The notes beneath the pieces were generated by a model that was not told where the DNA came from, made no database searches, and was given only the letters and a program-made list of their open reading frames with translations. Of a stretch of 64,000 bases of DNA, positions 13,331 through 26,941 are shown one piece after another (positions within the stretch are counted from its first letter, which is position 1; each line of letters begins with the position of its first letter). The stretch comes from Hydrolagus colliei (Eukaryota), in the NCBI GenBank assembly GCA_035084275.1, contig CM068751.1:5456001-5520000 (forward strand). The letters run 5' to 3'. The position numbers and the translations under genes are program-made.

Positions 13331-13490
13331 ATAATAATAATAATCCTTGCATTTACTATAGCGCCTTATCGTGGCTTTGAGATGTTTCAGAGTGCTTCAC
13401 AGAACATACTGTAAAGTGAATTGACTGTATATTTTGAAGGCGAAACGTGGCAGCCAATCCAGGTGTGGATTGAGTGACCAAATTTTTTTG
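13331..13490 (-). mobile_element. SINE 3' half
   Basis: (AAT)nCCTTGCATTT...GTGCTTCACAGAACATACTGTAAAGTGAATTGACTGTATATT...GTGGATTGAGTGACC, with an internal deletion. Confidence 0.85.
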
Positions 13491-14399
13491 GAAGGGATAA
13501 AAATTTTCGAATTCTTCATCCATAGAATAGAAGCAGCCTGGAGTATCACTTTTCTAAACCTTTGCTGGTTACCGGGTTAAACCAACAGGGTGGGGAGAGT
13601 TTAGGACGCCTGTGGCATCAATACTGCCCCACATGGGAGGGCATTATATAAATCCAAGCTGTTGTAGTTGAATACATTCCAATAACCTACTGGCAATAAT
13701 GAACTCAAAATATTTGTTCACCTTGGCATTGGCATGTCTGAATGTGCCTTAAGGTTTGGCTTGATCATGTCACAACTGAAGTATGATTATTGTTGAGTTA
13801 CTCGCTATAACCTAAGAGAAGAACATTGCAAATGTCGACCTGTTTTGGGGGCACAGTATCTTCTGAACTGATGGGTGTTTTGATCGAGCCCTGTGTTTTG
13901 CAATCGGCACTCTCTTGTAAACGTATGTGGTCAAAAGTTCATTTGTACAGTTCACAGATGTGGTCAACTATCTCTCCCTTACATAGACCCGCACATCCTG
14001 GGTGACTTCAACTCCAGGAAATTGCCCTGCTCAGCCAAGAGGAAGTAAAGTAACTCGCAGAATTCAGCGTGAGACACTTCGCAGTTTGTTTCCGCTCCTC
14101 CTCCTCCTCCACACACACACACCCCCCCCTCTCCAATCAGACACTCCATTACCACAAGGTGGTTTTGATGGACGCCAGGCAGAAAAGTGATTTGGGGTTT
14201 TATGAACACACGTGATGAATGCAAAGATCCGGGATATTAGCCTGTGGCCACAGAGCTTGTGACTATTTTAACATCTATTTAACAGGTGAACCAGATTTCA
14301 GCATTGCTACCTCCCCCCTCCCACCTGCAAAAACAAACAGAGGTCTGGCAGAGGCCTGTGTCAGTGAAGCACAGTTACTGTGCACACGTATGCTGCCCT

Positions 14400-14555
14400 G
14401 GGGAGTTTTTCACTTGAGCTGTGGCCATTTGTGGGACATTTGCAGGTGTGCAAATTAGCTGCCGTAGTAATTGACAAATATTCTCATTGCACTTTATGGT
14501 AAATTTTGTGAAGAAATCGTAGCAAGGCCCCATGTCAAATGCAATTATTAATATT
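14400..14555 (+). mobile_element. Old DeuSINE 3' fragment
   Basis: TTTGTGGGACATTTGC..TGTGCAAATTAGCTGCCG core and ATGTCAAATGCAA tail relic. Confidence 0.55.
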
Positions 14556-16059
14556 GTTTTTATTGTGATTCTCAGGCACGTGACATGAATCATAAGGAAG
14601 CACTTCCCGAGTGAAGGGATGTTCAAATTGTGCTGTTTTACCGTGAATTTGCTCGATGTTTGATACAACGGACATACCGGCAGAGACCTCGCTCTTCTGT
14701 TTGGGGAACACATATATTCTATTAGTTATTTTATTCCTAATACCTCTGGATTCAGGTTTGACAGTATCTGATCATATTTAACACTGAGCTGTAGAGGTTT
14801 GATTCTGCTGTGGCTAGAGGTAGTTAATTAATAACACATATGATCTTTATACAATATAAGGAAGGCTTTGAGGAAAGCTTTGTACTTTTCAAAGGATATT
14901 TTTGTGTCTTGCACAAAATAAGATACTGAATTTGCTTGTTAGAGGGTTTTGGGGTAATTCTCAATCTGGTGAAAACCTTTGATCTGAGAACTGAACCACA
15001 CTATAAAACCTCGTAACTTGCCTAATTTGCTCCACGATATTCTCAACCAATGAGAATTTTATTGCAAGCAAGTTAGGGAAAAGTAAAGAGTTTGTGTTTT
15101 TTTATTTAACTAATATACTGTGTTCGCAGTTTGCAAAATAATAATGAAACATAGCTTGTGTACTAAACCATGCTATGTTTATCATTGCTAAGTGGATTGC
15201 AGCTCCCCTTCCCTCCATGTAATGAAAGATACACAGCATGACTTCAGGCAGTCAAAGCAATGTTAACAGGGAACATAACACAAGGGATCTTGAGCCGAAG
15301 CAATTGAACTTTGCTGGTTAAGCATGAACGTCAAAGCATACAAGGCTGCAGGCGCACAAACTAATCTCACTGAATGCAGCTCAGTAGCTGACCTGCCATG
15401 ACATTTCTGGTTGGAAATGTGCCTCATTGCAATCCACTCCACTCTGTACCTTTAAATCTCTAGTTATTACAATATAACTTTCAGTAGCTGATATTACCTA
15501 CCCACAAAAGTTTGATTTTCTTTCCACAATACCACACAAACCTTTCTGGATACATGAAGACTCGTGGGTGTATATAATTAAATATATTAGCTGCTTCTAA
15601 GATCTGAGAATATTTAATGTGCGAATATTTTATTACATTTGACTGCATCCCTGGTTGGGCGGCACTGAGTGTGTACTTGTGTGTTTCTATCTGCGAGGCA
15701 TTTTCAGGCAAAATAACCCACTGAGAATAATAGATCTGATAAAAGAAAAATCAATGTAACTCGCACATGCGGTGGGAAGGATTGAATCATCCCAATTTTC
15801 CAACTGTCTACCCATACACTGGATTAAGAAACTGTAAAAGCTTTGTGGATTTTAATGAGCTGTTGCTATGCATATTTTATATCTCATCATGTGTTTTGCA
15901 TTTCTGTATTGTGATCTATTTTATTACATTTATGTGTAAGATACTGCTCCAATCAAGCTAACTGGCAAAAAGGTTCTGCCCCTGGTGTAAGTGAGGGTGG
16001 TTGGTTAGAATTAAGGCTCCATTCTGCAACAACATCTGACTCTAATGTATTACGATTCA

Positions 16060-16783
16060 GGCTGTTTGTGGGACACTGCTGTGCACAACTGGCCGTCCCA
16101 GCTCCTCGCTTCACAAGCTGCAGATTATTCAGAACTTTGCAGCTCGTGTCCTCTCCCGCACTAGGCTCCGCGACCACATCACTCCCACCCTCGCCTGTCT
16201 CCACTGGCTTCCCATCCCCCAGAGGATCGAATTCAAGATCCTTATCCTCACCTTCAAGGCCATTCATGGCCTTGCCCCCGCCTATCTCTCCGATCTTCTG
16301 TCTCCCTATCAGTCTGCCCATCCCCTCCGTTCAGCAGGCTCTAACCTATTGCACGACCCCCACCCTAACCGCCCGACCAGCCTAGGCTGGGCTTTCAGCC
16401 TTGCTGCCCCCACACTCTGGAACTCCATCCCGCAATCCCTTTGCCTTGCTTCTTCCCTCTCCTCCTTCAAGGCCGGTCCCAAGACTTTCCTCTTTGACTG
16501 TGCCTTCTGCTCCCCTCCTAACTCTCCCCATTCTCCTACTCTCCTTCCTCCTATCCCCAAAACCCACACACCCCCCTTGCTCGGGTCCTGACCGAGCTGT
16601 TCAGCACCTTGGGACGTCCTCCCGACGTGAAAGGCACTCTATAAATGTGATTTTGTTGTTGTTGTTGCCGTGTTCCACCCGCAAAATATGATCAGTTCAC
16701 TTTACAGTATATTCTGTGAAGTGCTTTCAGACATCTTAAAGAGATGATAAGGTGCTATATCAATTGCAAGGGTTATTATTATA
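16060..16783 (+). mobile_element. SINE 3' half split by an L2 insertion
   Basis: Core GCTGTTTGTGGGACACTGCTGTGCACAACTGGCCG ends near 16096. It resumes as GCCGTGTTCCACCC...GCAAGGGTTATTATTAT from about 16667. Confidence 0.85.
16097..16667 (+). mobile_element. L2 LINE 3' fragment, tail type A
   Basis: Uninterrupted frame 16097-16591: LHKLQIIQNFAARVLSRTRLRDHITPTLACLHWLPIPQRIEFKILILTFKAIHGLAPAYLSDLL...AFSLAAPTLWNSIP...KTFLFD. Ends in (TTG)n. Confidence 0.95.
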
Positions 16784-18077
16784 CACAGTAAACCTCTCTC
16801 TTGACAAGAATTGCAGGAAGGATCGAGAGTTAAATACGTCAATGGGGATATCCTCGGAACAGAGTCCAAGTGTTCAGATTCCTACCTCACAATTTGTCGC
16901 GAAGGGAAGAATCCTAAACACTCTGTGCTTGTCTTTGGCCTCAGACATCGCTGGCAACTGCCAGCTGTTTATACATATGGGCAGTAAATTTGCAACATAT
17001 TACACTTAAAGACTCCAAGGCGATGATGGTGTTATAGTTTCTAAGAACATGCCAGCTGTACGTGCCTCACATTTATGCCCTCAAAAAGATTAACTTCTCC
17101 ACTTTTCCTTTTCACTGTCGTTTCCCTAATGATTCTGGCTTTGCATACCATTTCGACATCAATGACAGTATTCATGTGTGTATCCTTGAGCCAATGATCC
17201 CCCGGTAACAACTTCTATTGTCGAATTGAGGACTGGCGAGTAGTCACACAAACAGCCCACTTTGCCATTCAATGGGAGAATGGGAGAATCACCCATGTCT
17301 ATCATAGTTACTGTCTTCAGTACACTACATGAAAAAAAGAATGCTGAATGTATTTATTACATTTGACTGCATCTCCTGTTGGACAGCATTGAGTTACAGG
17401 GCGATGTGCTTTGCTTTTTGCTGCATTTAGACTGCACTGTGAATCAACTCTCCCTATCCTCTTCCCAAGCTCTTCTAAATCCCCTCTCCTTCATACATGA
17501 TGAATGGATGGCATTTACGGGAATAAACCGCTTGATGCAACTCCAATGAAAAATGACTTTTCAAGCAAAAGGCAGGTAAATTTATTTAGGGCCTGGGAAA
17601 TTCTGTATGGAACACAGTATTTCTGAGTTATCATCAATTTCTGCCATTTCGTACTTCGTGACCTCATCTGGATCAACCCCACCGCATATCCCTTTTCACT
17701 TCAAGGAATGAACTAACATAACTCACTGTACATCTGCCAAGTGGCTGTTTCCAATCAAGTGCTTTACAGTTAATCTCGACCGTACTACAGCTTGTGATCC
17801 TGAATGATAACATGACTGGTACGGCCTTGCCATTTTTCAGTCGGTGAGTTTGGTTGTTAGATTCCACTCAATTTGACCACCGTCCATTTGGACAAATATG
17901 AAGCTTGAACCGTCCACAGCAACTTTGCCTCAAAAATAGTAGAGTTTATTTCAAAAGAATCACAGTGGCGCAATGTGCTGAACAGCTTCGAGCCGAAAGG
18001 TTATGCGTTTTGTTTTCCTGTATCCACAAAGGAGTGCAAGTGATAGGTGCAGGAACCAGAGGTGTTTTTAAGACTTC

Positions 18078-18152
18078 AAACCACTCGGTCAATTTTCTTC
18101 AGGGGCCTGTCGCTGACGGTAAATTTAATAAGTGCGCATGCGCAATTTTATT
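18078..18152 (-). mobile_element. Internal fragment related to the Tigger-like element at 61405
   Basis: CACTCGGT and GTAAATTTAATAAGTGCGCATGCGCA match the reverse complement of 61561-61630. No TIRs found. Confidence 0.5.
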
Positions 18153-19069
18153 TTATGCAAAAATTAACTTTCGGTGGGTGCAATGCTTCTTTATGTGGAC
18201 CGCTTGCTCTGCCAGGCTGGGGAGATCTCTGGTTTAGCTGGGCTGGGCTGAGCTCTGGTTTTCACTATGCAGGTATTTAATAAAAGACAAGAGCACAGCA
18301 CACTCAAATCCTCCCATTTCGATGATTTTTTTACATTACTTTGGGGGCCGCAATATGAGGGGCCCATCGGTGCGTTACACCGATTACACCAACGTTAAAA
18401 ATGCTTCTGGCAGGAACTTGTTAAGAGAATGGAAATTGAACTCAATCCAAGGTGAAGCTTTCAAATGTTTGGATAGACCTCATAGTAAGAGTTTTTGTGA
18501 GTTCATATTCTGGATCCAGGCTACATGATGAACCTTTTATTCAAATTGAAATGATTAAGGAAGCGCAAAGATTTACTGAGTGCAGAAGATGCGGATAGTT
18601 CGAACGAGTAAGACAAGACCGATTGCCTGGTGTGTAGTGGTTGACAATCTTGTGTCTATCTCAGCTCAGTTCCCCCAGTGAATGATGCTGGACTTTTAGA
18701 TTTTAATTTTTGTACTATGTTTGTTTTCTAATGATTTATTATATGTTGCTACAGCGTAAGAAGAACTCAATGCTTATCTGCTCTGAACTGATTGAAATAA
18801 TACAGACTCACATTTTATCAGAGTGCCTTTCTCAGTTATGGAATTGCACTTAAGTAATCTCTGCTCACAAACAGGAGCCTGAAGTGCATAAATCATAAAA
18901 CCACAACACTTGCATATGTAGGTCAGAACACACACACACATACTGTATATTTAAAAAGCCAATGACTTCATAATGGTTTGTTGAAGTACTTCTGCCCTGG
19001 TCATTCACTTTGTGTTTACTCAAATTGTCCTTCTACCATGAACTGATTTCATTTAATTTATAATGAATT

Positions 19070-19235
19070 ACATAGCATGATATGGCACAGAAACTGGCCG
19101 ATATTTAATCATCCACAATAGCCTCCACCCCTCCGATTCCACTTTCCTATTCTCCTTCCTTTCCCTTCTTTCTCATGTGTGCAATACGTTTCCTCATAAA
19201 TACTTTGATGCTTTTTGCTTGGACCACAACACCTT
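19070..19235 (-). mobile_element. CR1 LINE 3' fragment (old)
   Basis: CATAG...GGCACAGAAACTGGCC end and TTCCTTTC..TCTCATGTG...AAATAC..TGATGCT...ACCAC body resemble a CR1 3' region. Confidence 0.5.
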
Positions 19236-19520
19236 GCCTACTGTTCCCCCACCCATACAGCCACCACCATCCAGCATCCCTCACTAGCCAGGAGGTGGAG
19301 GAGAATTCCCAGCTCCTATCCTGCTCTTGAGCCTGTCAATAAAAAGTAAGAAAGAAATACTCACCTTCAATTATCTGAGTGTCAAACTGAGACAAGAGAT
19401 AGCGTCCCAGCAGTCTGTGGCATAAAGAATTATGTAAATAAGAGGTGTTGAGAGAATTGAAGTGCTGAAGAATTATCCAACATTTGAAAAAGAAGTAGGA
19501 GCATTATTGATAATATTAAA

Positions 19521-20112
19521 TAACAACAACAACAACAACATTACACTTGTATAGCACCTTTCATGTCAGGAGGACGTCCCAAGGCATTGGAAGGTTACTG
19601 TGTCAGACCCGAGCTGGGGACGGGATGGGACGGGGGAGGGGGTAAGGGGGAGATTAGGAGTTGCCGATGGGACCATCGAAGAGGAGAGACTTGAGGCGGG
19701 ACTTGAAGGAGGCCAGTGAGGGGGCAAGGGGGAGGGACTGTGGGATGGAGTTCCAGAGGTTGGGGACAGAGTGGCTGAAGGCTCACCCTCCAATGGTGGG
19801 GCAGATAGGTCGGGAGACATGGAGCAGCCAGAGCCAGCTGAGCAGAGGGGGCGGGCAGGTTGTTTAGGGGTTAGAAGGTCACGGATGTAGGGTGGGGCGA
19901 GGTTGTGGAGGCTTTAAATGTGAGGACCAGGATCTTGAATTGGATCCTCTGGGTGATGGGGACCCAATGAAGTCGGGCGAGAATGGGGGAGATGGGGTCA
20001 TGGAGTTTGGAATGGTAGGGGACACGGAAAGTGAGTTCTAAATCATCTGCAACCTGTGGAGGGAGGAATTGGGAAGGCCGACAAGCAGGGCATTTGCATA
20101 GTCGATCTGGGA
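19521..20112 (-). mobile_element. L2 LINE 3' fragment, tail type A
   Basis: (AAC)n tail then CCTTTCATGTCAGGAGGACGTCCCAAGGC. Body is colinear with the reverse complement of 16097-16667 (GGAGTTCCAGAG, GGATCTTGAATT). Confidence 0.92.
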
Positions 20113-21639
20113 AAAACCTGCATTATTTGAATAAATAAGAAGCTTTCCACCTCTGTGGCATTGCACACTCAACAGCTCTGGGTCTTGCACAGCAGACCTC
20201 AGCTTAATGGGCCATCTATGTGTAGGCAGGATTTAAAACATCTAAACCTTTCTTGAGAAGTGTGGCAAGTAGAGAAGATGTGTAGTATGCACGCAATGCA
20301 GTAGTGAAAGTCATACGTTCAGAGAAAGGACTGAGAATGGATTAGTGCAAATATCATCCAGAGTATGGACTACTCTTGAGATGTTCTGTGTCAGTTGACA
20401 AAGCTCATGGGGTATTACAGCAGGTGTGAGCACAGGAGCCAAATATCAGTGGACTGACTGTTCATCGTTCATGTAGAATGACGTTCAACCTGAAAGATTA
20501 ATGATCACAATTTCACTCCTGCAAATTTAATGAGAGGTAATCCAGAGTTAATTAGTGGGAAATGCTGCAGCCTGTGTTTCCATACTTCTTGCTCAATTTG
20601 ATAAATGAAACTTTACCATTGCCAACTTATAGATTTGCTCACTGGGTGGAAGTAAGCGGCAGAGATTGTTACAGAAGCTATCAATACAAAATAAACAAAA
20701 TAAATACAAAGTAAAATGTTATAAGTAACTCAAAGGCATTTGTCATGACCTCACCATTCAGCTCTATTGTAAAAGTGCGATTCAGTAACTGAATGACCTT
20801 GTCCAGGATATAGTCTATCCTTTCCAAACAACAGTACAACAATATACAGCCTTCCAAATATAGTTCAATTTGAACAGGGTAAGCTCCAGATGGAGTCATA
20901 CTGCATTTTTGTTTTAGTTTCACTTAAATAGCACACTAAATAGTACCTGTACGATATTTCAGGAACAAACTGAACACAAACCAGAGCATGCCCAAACAGG
21001 AAATTCAGTAACGTTATAAATTATTTCCAAGTAATTAACCGGAAATAAACCATTACAATCCAAGGCAACAATGGAAAGAATTCAGGGGGTGTATGGAGAG
21101 TGTCTACAACATTACAACGGGCTGTTGAAAAGGTTAAAGAGCTGTCCTTTGTGAGCTGTCTGAATTCTTGACTGGAGGAAGATGTACAGCGTTTGAAACA
21201 GGAAGGGGAATTATTACTATGTTAGAGTACAGATAAAAATACAGTAAATAGCATTTTACAAGGCACAATTCCATAGAATTCTAAACATTCCGTGTAATTC
21301 TAAAATATTTATTTCACCCCGAAGCATCCAACTAGAACTTATTTACAACATAAATCACTTTTTTGTGCTAATTTACAACACAGCATAACCTGATTAATGA
21401 AAGAAAAGCAACGGCATTAAACATTTATTGCTTCACTCCTCAGGGGCTGTCATGGTAATTTCAGGGCCAAAAATAAATAAGTAGCAGATTTTAATTAACT
21501 TGGAGAAAGCTGTAGATCCAATGCTCTTCACTCCTTCCATTTATTTCTCTAATTCTACTGTATAATTTATACTGGACAGTATACATCCTGACGGCATCTA
21601 TAAATTCTTTCATTCCTCTCAGACGATACTGTATCATTA

Positions 21640-21954
21640 CATCTGCTTTGATCACATTGTCAGAGGTGCTGTCGTTCAGACAAGACATTAAAACCGAGGT
21701 CCCACCTGCCTGACGTCCCACTGCACTTTTCAAAAACAGAAGGGAATTTCTCCTGGGGTCCCAGCCAACAATCCCCCAAATAAAAATGGTCATTCACTTC
21801 CTGACTGATTGTGGAACTTTTCTGTGTGCAAATTAGCTGCCACTTTCTCCTTGAAAGGTACAGTCATTGCAGTTTACACTAAATCCTATGCAGCGTTTTG
21901 AAACGTCCTCCCCGTACGAAAGACGCGATGTCAAATGCAAGAATTATGATTATT
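21640..21954 (+). mobile_element. Old DeuSINE (Deu domain plus tail)
   Basis: GTCAGAGGTGCTGTCGTTCAGA..AGAC.TTAAAACCGAGGTCC Deu motif, CTGGGGTCCCAGCCAAC, TGTGCAAATTAGCTGCC, tail ATGTCAAATGCAAGAATTATGATTATT. Confidence 0.8.
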
Positions 21955-23994
21955 CCTCACTGTGTCACCTTCTATCTGAGCATAAGATACTGCATATGAA
22001 CTGACTTCAATGCAGGATGAAGGTTTCATGGCACAGTCTGTGCTTTAACCAATTCCTTTGGTTTGTTAGTGAAATAAATATGCCAAATGATTAAAATTCG
22101 CATGAGACTTAGCTCTGGAAATATGACAATGATAAACTGGAAACGTCCAGTATGTGGAGATGTTTGCAAATATAGTAAGCCAAAAAAAAGCTCCAACTTC
22201 AAACACAAAGATTCAGGGTTGACAGTCTGGACTGGACAGACAAGTGGGAGTGGATGTGAAACTGTTTTTGTGCTGCGTGACTAGTATAGTGAATATTTCA
22301 TGCTTTTAAAAAATTACATGTTATTTTTACAATCCCTGGAAAACGGAGTCACGGTATTTCCCATTCTTACGACATGGTTACAATGGCAGTCACGGAGCAT
22401 GCCTGAACTCTGTGGTCATCCCTTGCATTGCTTGATCAGGACGGAGTTGGTCTGTTAATATCGGTGGTTTCTAACCACCCAGCCTGCAGTGTTGGAACAG
22501 ATGGTGAAGTCATTACTCATCGCTTACTTACAGGCACCTCCAGCTCAAGATCAGCCCCCTCCTTTCAGGCAGAGGGAATGAGTTTGAGGTATAGCAAGAA
22601 AATCCAGTCAAGAAATGGGGTTTCACTTCAGGAAATTGGAAGGAAATGAGAAGAGGTTGGTGGAAAGATAATGCTTTTATCAGAATCCTCCAGGGTGCTG
22701 GATACATTGCAGAGTGGAAAATCCAGAGCGCCCATAACTAATTTTCTCTCCTATAAGGTTTCAAGCCAGAGTATTCTTTGCACATAAAAAGAGCAAAAGA
22801 TAGAATGTGCTTCATTTCACAGCTAAGATTCCTGTTACATTTTCCAGACGTGTTGTAATTACTTTCGAGGAGGAGGGAGAAAAAAAAGTGTGTTGACTCA
22901 AGTAACATTTCTGTATTTTTTTTCAGTTTTCTCTTCGGGAGATGTGATTCAGGCTGTGATAATGGCAACCCTCCAGTAACTCGCCTAAGTGTCATTCTTC
23001 ATTTGTGAGCCTAGATTGGTGAGCGCTTGGAGGCTATTGTGACAACGTTTATCATTCCCTTGAACACCGAATGGAAAATGAAGCAGAAATTCTAATTATG
23101 AATTCAACTGTACTCTATCATTTGTGTACCTTATCCCAAATAAGACTTTATCTTATTACATGGGAAAACAATCAGATGACCATCTGTTGGCCACTTAGCT
23201 TAGCTCACATCACAGATAAGCAACAATACTGTTTGAGCACAACACCTACAAATACACCCATACACTGCTGCAGGATTTTCAGAAGTGGTAATTCTAGCTG
23301 TGTTTTTTTTCCTAGCCCAAGGCTACTGAGGTCAGTTGTATTGCTCCAGCTGAGATCATCAAATGCAGCAGTGGGAAAAGATTATCTGTGATGGCTTCTT
23401 TAAGTGTATAAGCAAAATGAGTCACAACCATCCCCTTCTGGACACCACTATAATTTTTACTTATACTTTCTTTCTATGACTTTTGGGGCATTCACCACCA
23501 CCCATTCCATATACTACCCTGCGACAGAGGGAAAGCATGCATTCTGGTCTCTGTTTAGAAAAACACTTAAACATCCCACAGTGGGGTGATTGAAAACCAG
23601 TATGAATGAGAGCTAGTGAGGGCACACATCCCCTTCCCCTCTCAGGTCTTTCCCTCCAAGGTTATGGATCTTCAAGTCTCGGAGAGGACGGCTTTCCTCC
23701 AACGAATGCTGCTTAGCCCAATTAATGTGACTCCCCAATTATTACTCCCTTCCAGTGCAATGCTCCCGAAATCGGAAACTCGGTAGACCTTAGAGTTGAG
23801 CCAACAGCAATGCACTCAATGCTACTGCCTGTTTGCCAGAATAATTTCAGATGCCTACTCAACCAAGAGCATTGGGCATTCTTTGCAACTAAAGCATGAC
23901 AGGAAGGCATTTATTTAGCTTGTAAAAGCAACCACATCCTTGCAGATGTAATGTGGATAAACAAAAAAAAGGTGCTGTTTTAAAGTACAGTATA

Positions 23995-24125
23995 ACAACA
24001 TAAGAAGCAGGAGCAGGCCATTTGGTTGCTTGAGCCGGCCCTGCCATTTAATAAGATCAGGGCTGATCTTCTATCCTAATTCCATTTAACCGCCCTATCC
24101 TTATATCCATTAATCCCTTTAGCTT
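23995..24125 (-). mobile_element. CR1 LINE 3' end
   Basis: AACATAAGAAGCAGGAGCAGGCCATT...TGAGCCGGCCCTGCCATTTAATAAGATCAGGGCTGATC, a CR1-type 3' terminus. Confidence 0.75.
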
Positions 24126-25047
24126 TTAAATCTTTTAAATATCTTAGTTGCATAGTAATTGTTGAAGAAAGTTATACAATATTACCTGTTTAGTATAGTG
24201 CAGTTCCTTTCAATCCTGAAGGTCTGCGCAAATTTGGAGCTTCATTCAATTTCCATTAAAATAGCCATATTGAATAGCAATTTTAAAGAAGCAGAAAAAA
24301 TAGCCAGCTCAACATATTTGAATTTATGGCTAACTTGACCTGCTATATAATTTATGGTTACATCTTTGCAAGGTTCATTTCAGGGCCTCGACTTTAGTGT
24401 TTCAATTGTTACGGCACAAAACATTGTGACTAAATTATGCATGGTCGAGTTGAATATAATCTTACTTTAACGTTACTGATCGGGAGGGAATATGCACGTT
24501 AAAATCAGCAGCAAATTAAAGATGAACTTACATTTGCGCCCATTTCAATAACTGTGCAAAGACCATTGAAAATGCACCCAACATGTGCCAGTGTGCAAAT
24601 GCACAAATGCTTTCAGTATCTTGTAGCAGCGTGGAAACCGAAGCACCATTCATCCTGTCAATTTGATGTCAACAGTAAGTAGATATTGATTTCAGCTACT
24701 ATAAGATGTAAGCAATTGAGTTAAGTTACTATTTCAGCCACCGTTAATGCCGCTGATCCCCACACCCTAGTTTCACTCTCCTCTGGTGCTGAAACTCGCC
24801 ACTGTAGAGGTGAGGCTCCTGTCGCTATAAGCCCACGAGGTACAGGAATGCGAATGATGACTGAGAGCGGAGTGAATCTCTATCCTGCGAGTTGTAGCTA
24901 TTGCTTGGCAACACAGATGCTAACAAAGTGACATTAGCCATGCCTGACATCATGTTCCTGGCTTCTTTCCACCGCTCCAACTGTTAACAATGACCGGAGT
25001 TTGGCCCAGTGAATGGAGATTACAAAAAGTTGCTGTTCTCTGTCAAC

Positions 25048-25080
25048 AGAGAGAGGGAGAGAGAGAGAGAGAGAGAGAGG
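25048..25080. repeat. (GA)n microsatellite
   Basis: Read directly from the sequence. Confidence 0.95.
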
Positions 25081-25924
25081 TTGGTGCAGTTTCCGAGGCA
25101 GATATTTCAGCAGAAAAAGAAAATACATCTAACGTACCAGCTGGAGTGACAAGACAAGTTAGAAAATGATAATAAACGTATCATGTCAAATCTTCTGGCA
25201 TTTACAAACTGGCTCTTCCATTAGATGGTTTAGCCAAGAGGATTGAACTTTAAGAAATAAATATTTAATCATCGTAGCTTTAAGCACTGTACTACTGTAT
25301 TTCTGTTCCCTTACCTTTGAACAGAATTGGTCCCACAGTGTGTTAGAGCAATGCTATTTAAAAGTGCCTAAAAATTGTGAAAAATCTTAATTACCATTAA
25401 CAGCAATTTTTTTTTTGCACTACTCTGCTTTGAGCTCAGAAACCAGACAAATCAACGTTAGTATAGCTTGAGAGAATTTTTCTATGTTTTGCAGTGCAAC
25501 ATACGTCATGTCTTCAAATGGAGTCTTCAAAGCTACCTGGAAGGTAGAGGGTTCATTTTCAAACTTAAGCAAATTAAAAGTTAGTATCAGAGCCCATGTC
25601 CCCAATGCTAATCAGCATGGATGGAACTTCAAGCCTTTTTATTCTAAACAGCTGCATGTGGTGAGCAGGGAATAGAGTTAATTATAAATTCCTTGTGTGA
25701 CCAATTCTGCATCTGCTCCTACATTATAAAGGGAGATAACGGACAAGGAGGATGCTTAATCTTCAACACATACGGACTTTATCCTGCCATGGAATAAAAT
25801 ATACCCCTAGCACCATGACATTTCATAAATGAGATGCAATTTTGAACGCAAAATTTTATTTTACATTAAGGTTTATCTGCAGTTCTTCAAAATGCAAATC
25901 CTTACATCAGGATTTTCAGCTCAC

Positions 25925-26105
25925 AGTCTAGCCTGACACCCCATCGCAATGCTGAGGGATCACTGCAGTGTTAGTGGTGCTGGCGTTTGGATGAGATTTT
26001 AAAGCTTACAAATGAGCAATCACTAACTTCATTGCATGTTAAATCCTGCAAAGGCCCTTTGAGATTTTTGACGACATCATTATATAACAAATGGAGGGAT
26101 TATTC
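25925..26105 (+). mobile_element. Old DeuSINE fragment with internal deletion
   Basis: TCTAGCCTGACACC...TGCTGAGGGA..CTGCAGTGT...GGTGCTGGCGTTTGGATGAGA, then a tail relic. Confidence 0.55.
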
Positions 26106-26567
26106 AATCATGTGAATTTGCATTCAATTAATTTAGCATCTCACGGGGAGAAATTGGTACAATTTGCAAAAAATGGACCAGGATAGGGTTTAGCTCACAT
26201 TGATGGACAGGAGGTGAGATAGACCAATGGTCTACTCCTGACTGAGAAGGTTAATCTTGTTACCAATGCATTCAATAAATGGAGCTCAAAAACCAGAACA
26301 GCTCCTCTCCTCTTCTGTTAGCATTATTATAACATGTTGCCTACAATTTCCTACTTAGATTGGGATGGCATTCCAACCACATGATTCTACACCAATCAGT
26401 CTCTGTATGATCGCCTGGATAGCTGGCAGTCATATCAATTCCAGTTTTCATATCCAGTTTTGTGAGTGATAAATTCTGCAGACATTACAAAAAAAACGAA
26501 GGGAGAAAATAACTGTGGACATTGCTCATCTTTGTTACCAGCTGACTTCTGATATCAATGTTTTGTC

Positions 26568-26815
26568 GGCAGGGCAAACCAATGGGCAAATTTCCATACT
26601 CCACACGTCCGATAATCCTCGAGAAAAAAAAAGAAAAAAATTGGTCTCTTCAATCGACGACTGTTTGTGGGACACTGCCATGCGCTGTGTTTCGCCCACA
26701 ACTATACAGTCAATTCACTTTACAGTACTGTATATCCTGTGGTGCGCATTGAGACGTCTAGAAGACATGAAAAGCGCTATATCAAATACAAGGATTATTA
26801 TTTATTATTGTTATT
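26568..26815 (+). mobile_element. 5'-truncated tRNA-derived SINE
   Basis: Colinear with 47731-48044 from just after the B box to the AAGGATTATTAT tail. Confidence 0.9.
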
Positions 26816-26822
26816 ACATATA

Positions 26823-26941
26823 CAGGTTGACCAAACAGTTGCGATAATTACCCTACCATTTAAAACAAAACAAATATCATCGTTTCTTTAAGACTTATTA
26901 GACATTGTAAATGGTAACACGACCTTTTTTCGGTGACCCTG
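26823..26941. mobile_element. Short Tc1/mariner-like MITE
   Basis: TA|CAGGTTGACCAAA ... TTCGGTGACCCTG|TA: TA flanks and imperfect TIRs, plus an inner TACCATTTA/TAAATGGTA inverted pair. Confidence 0.55.

Noticed and set aside
17841-17843. 3-nt microexon-like signature TTGCCATTTTTCAG|TCG|GTGAGT
   Set aside because: Such short patterns are expected by chance in 64 kb, the pyrimidine tract is short, and no host gene is evident.
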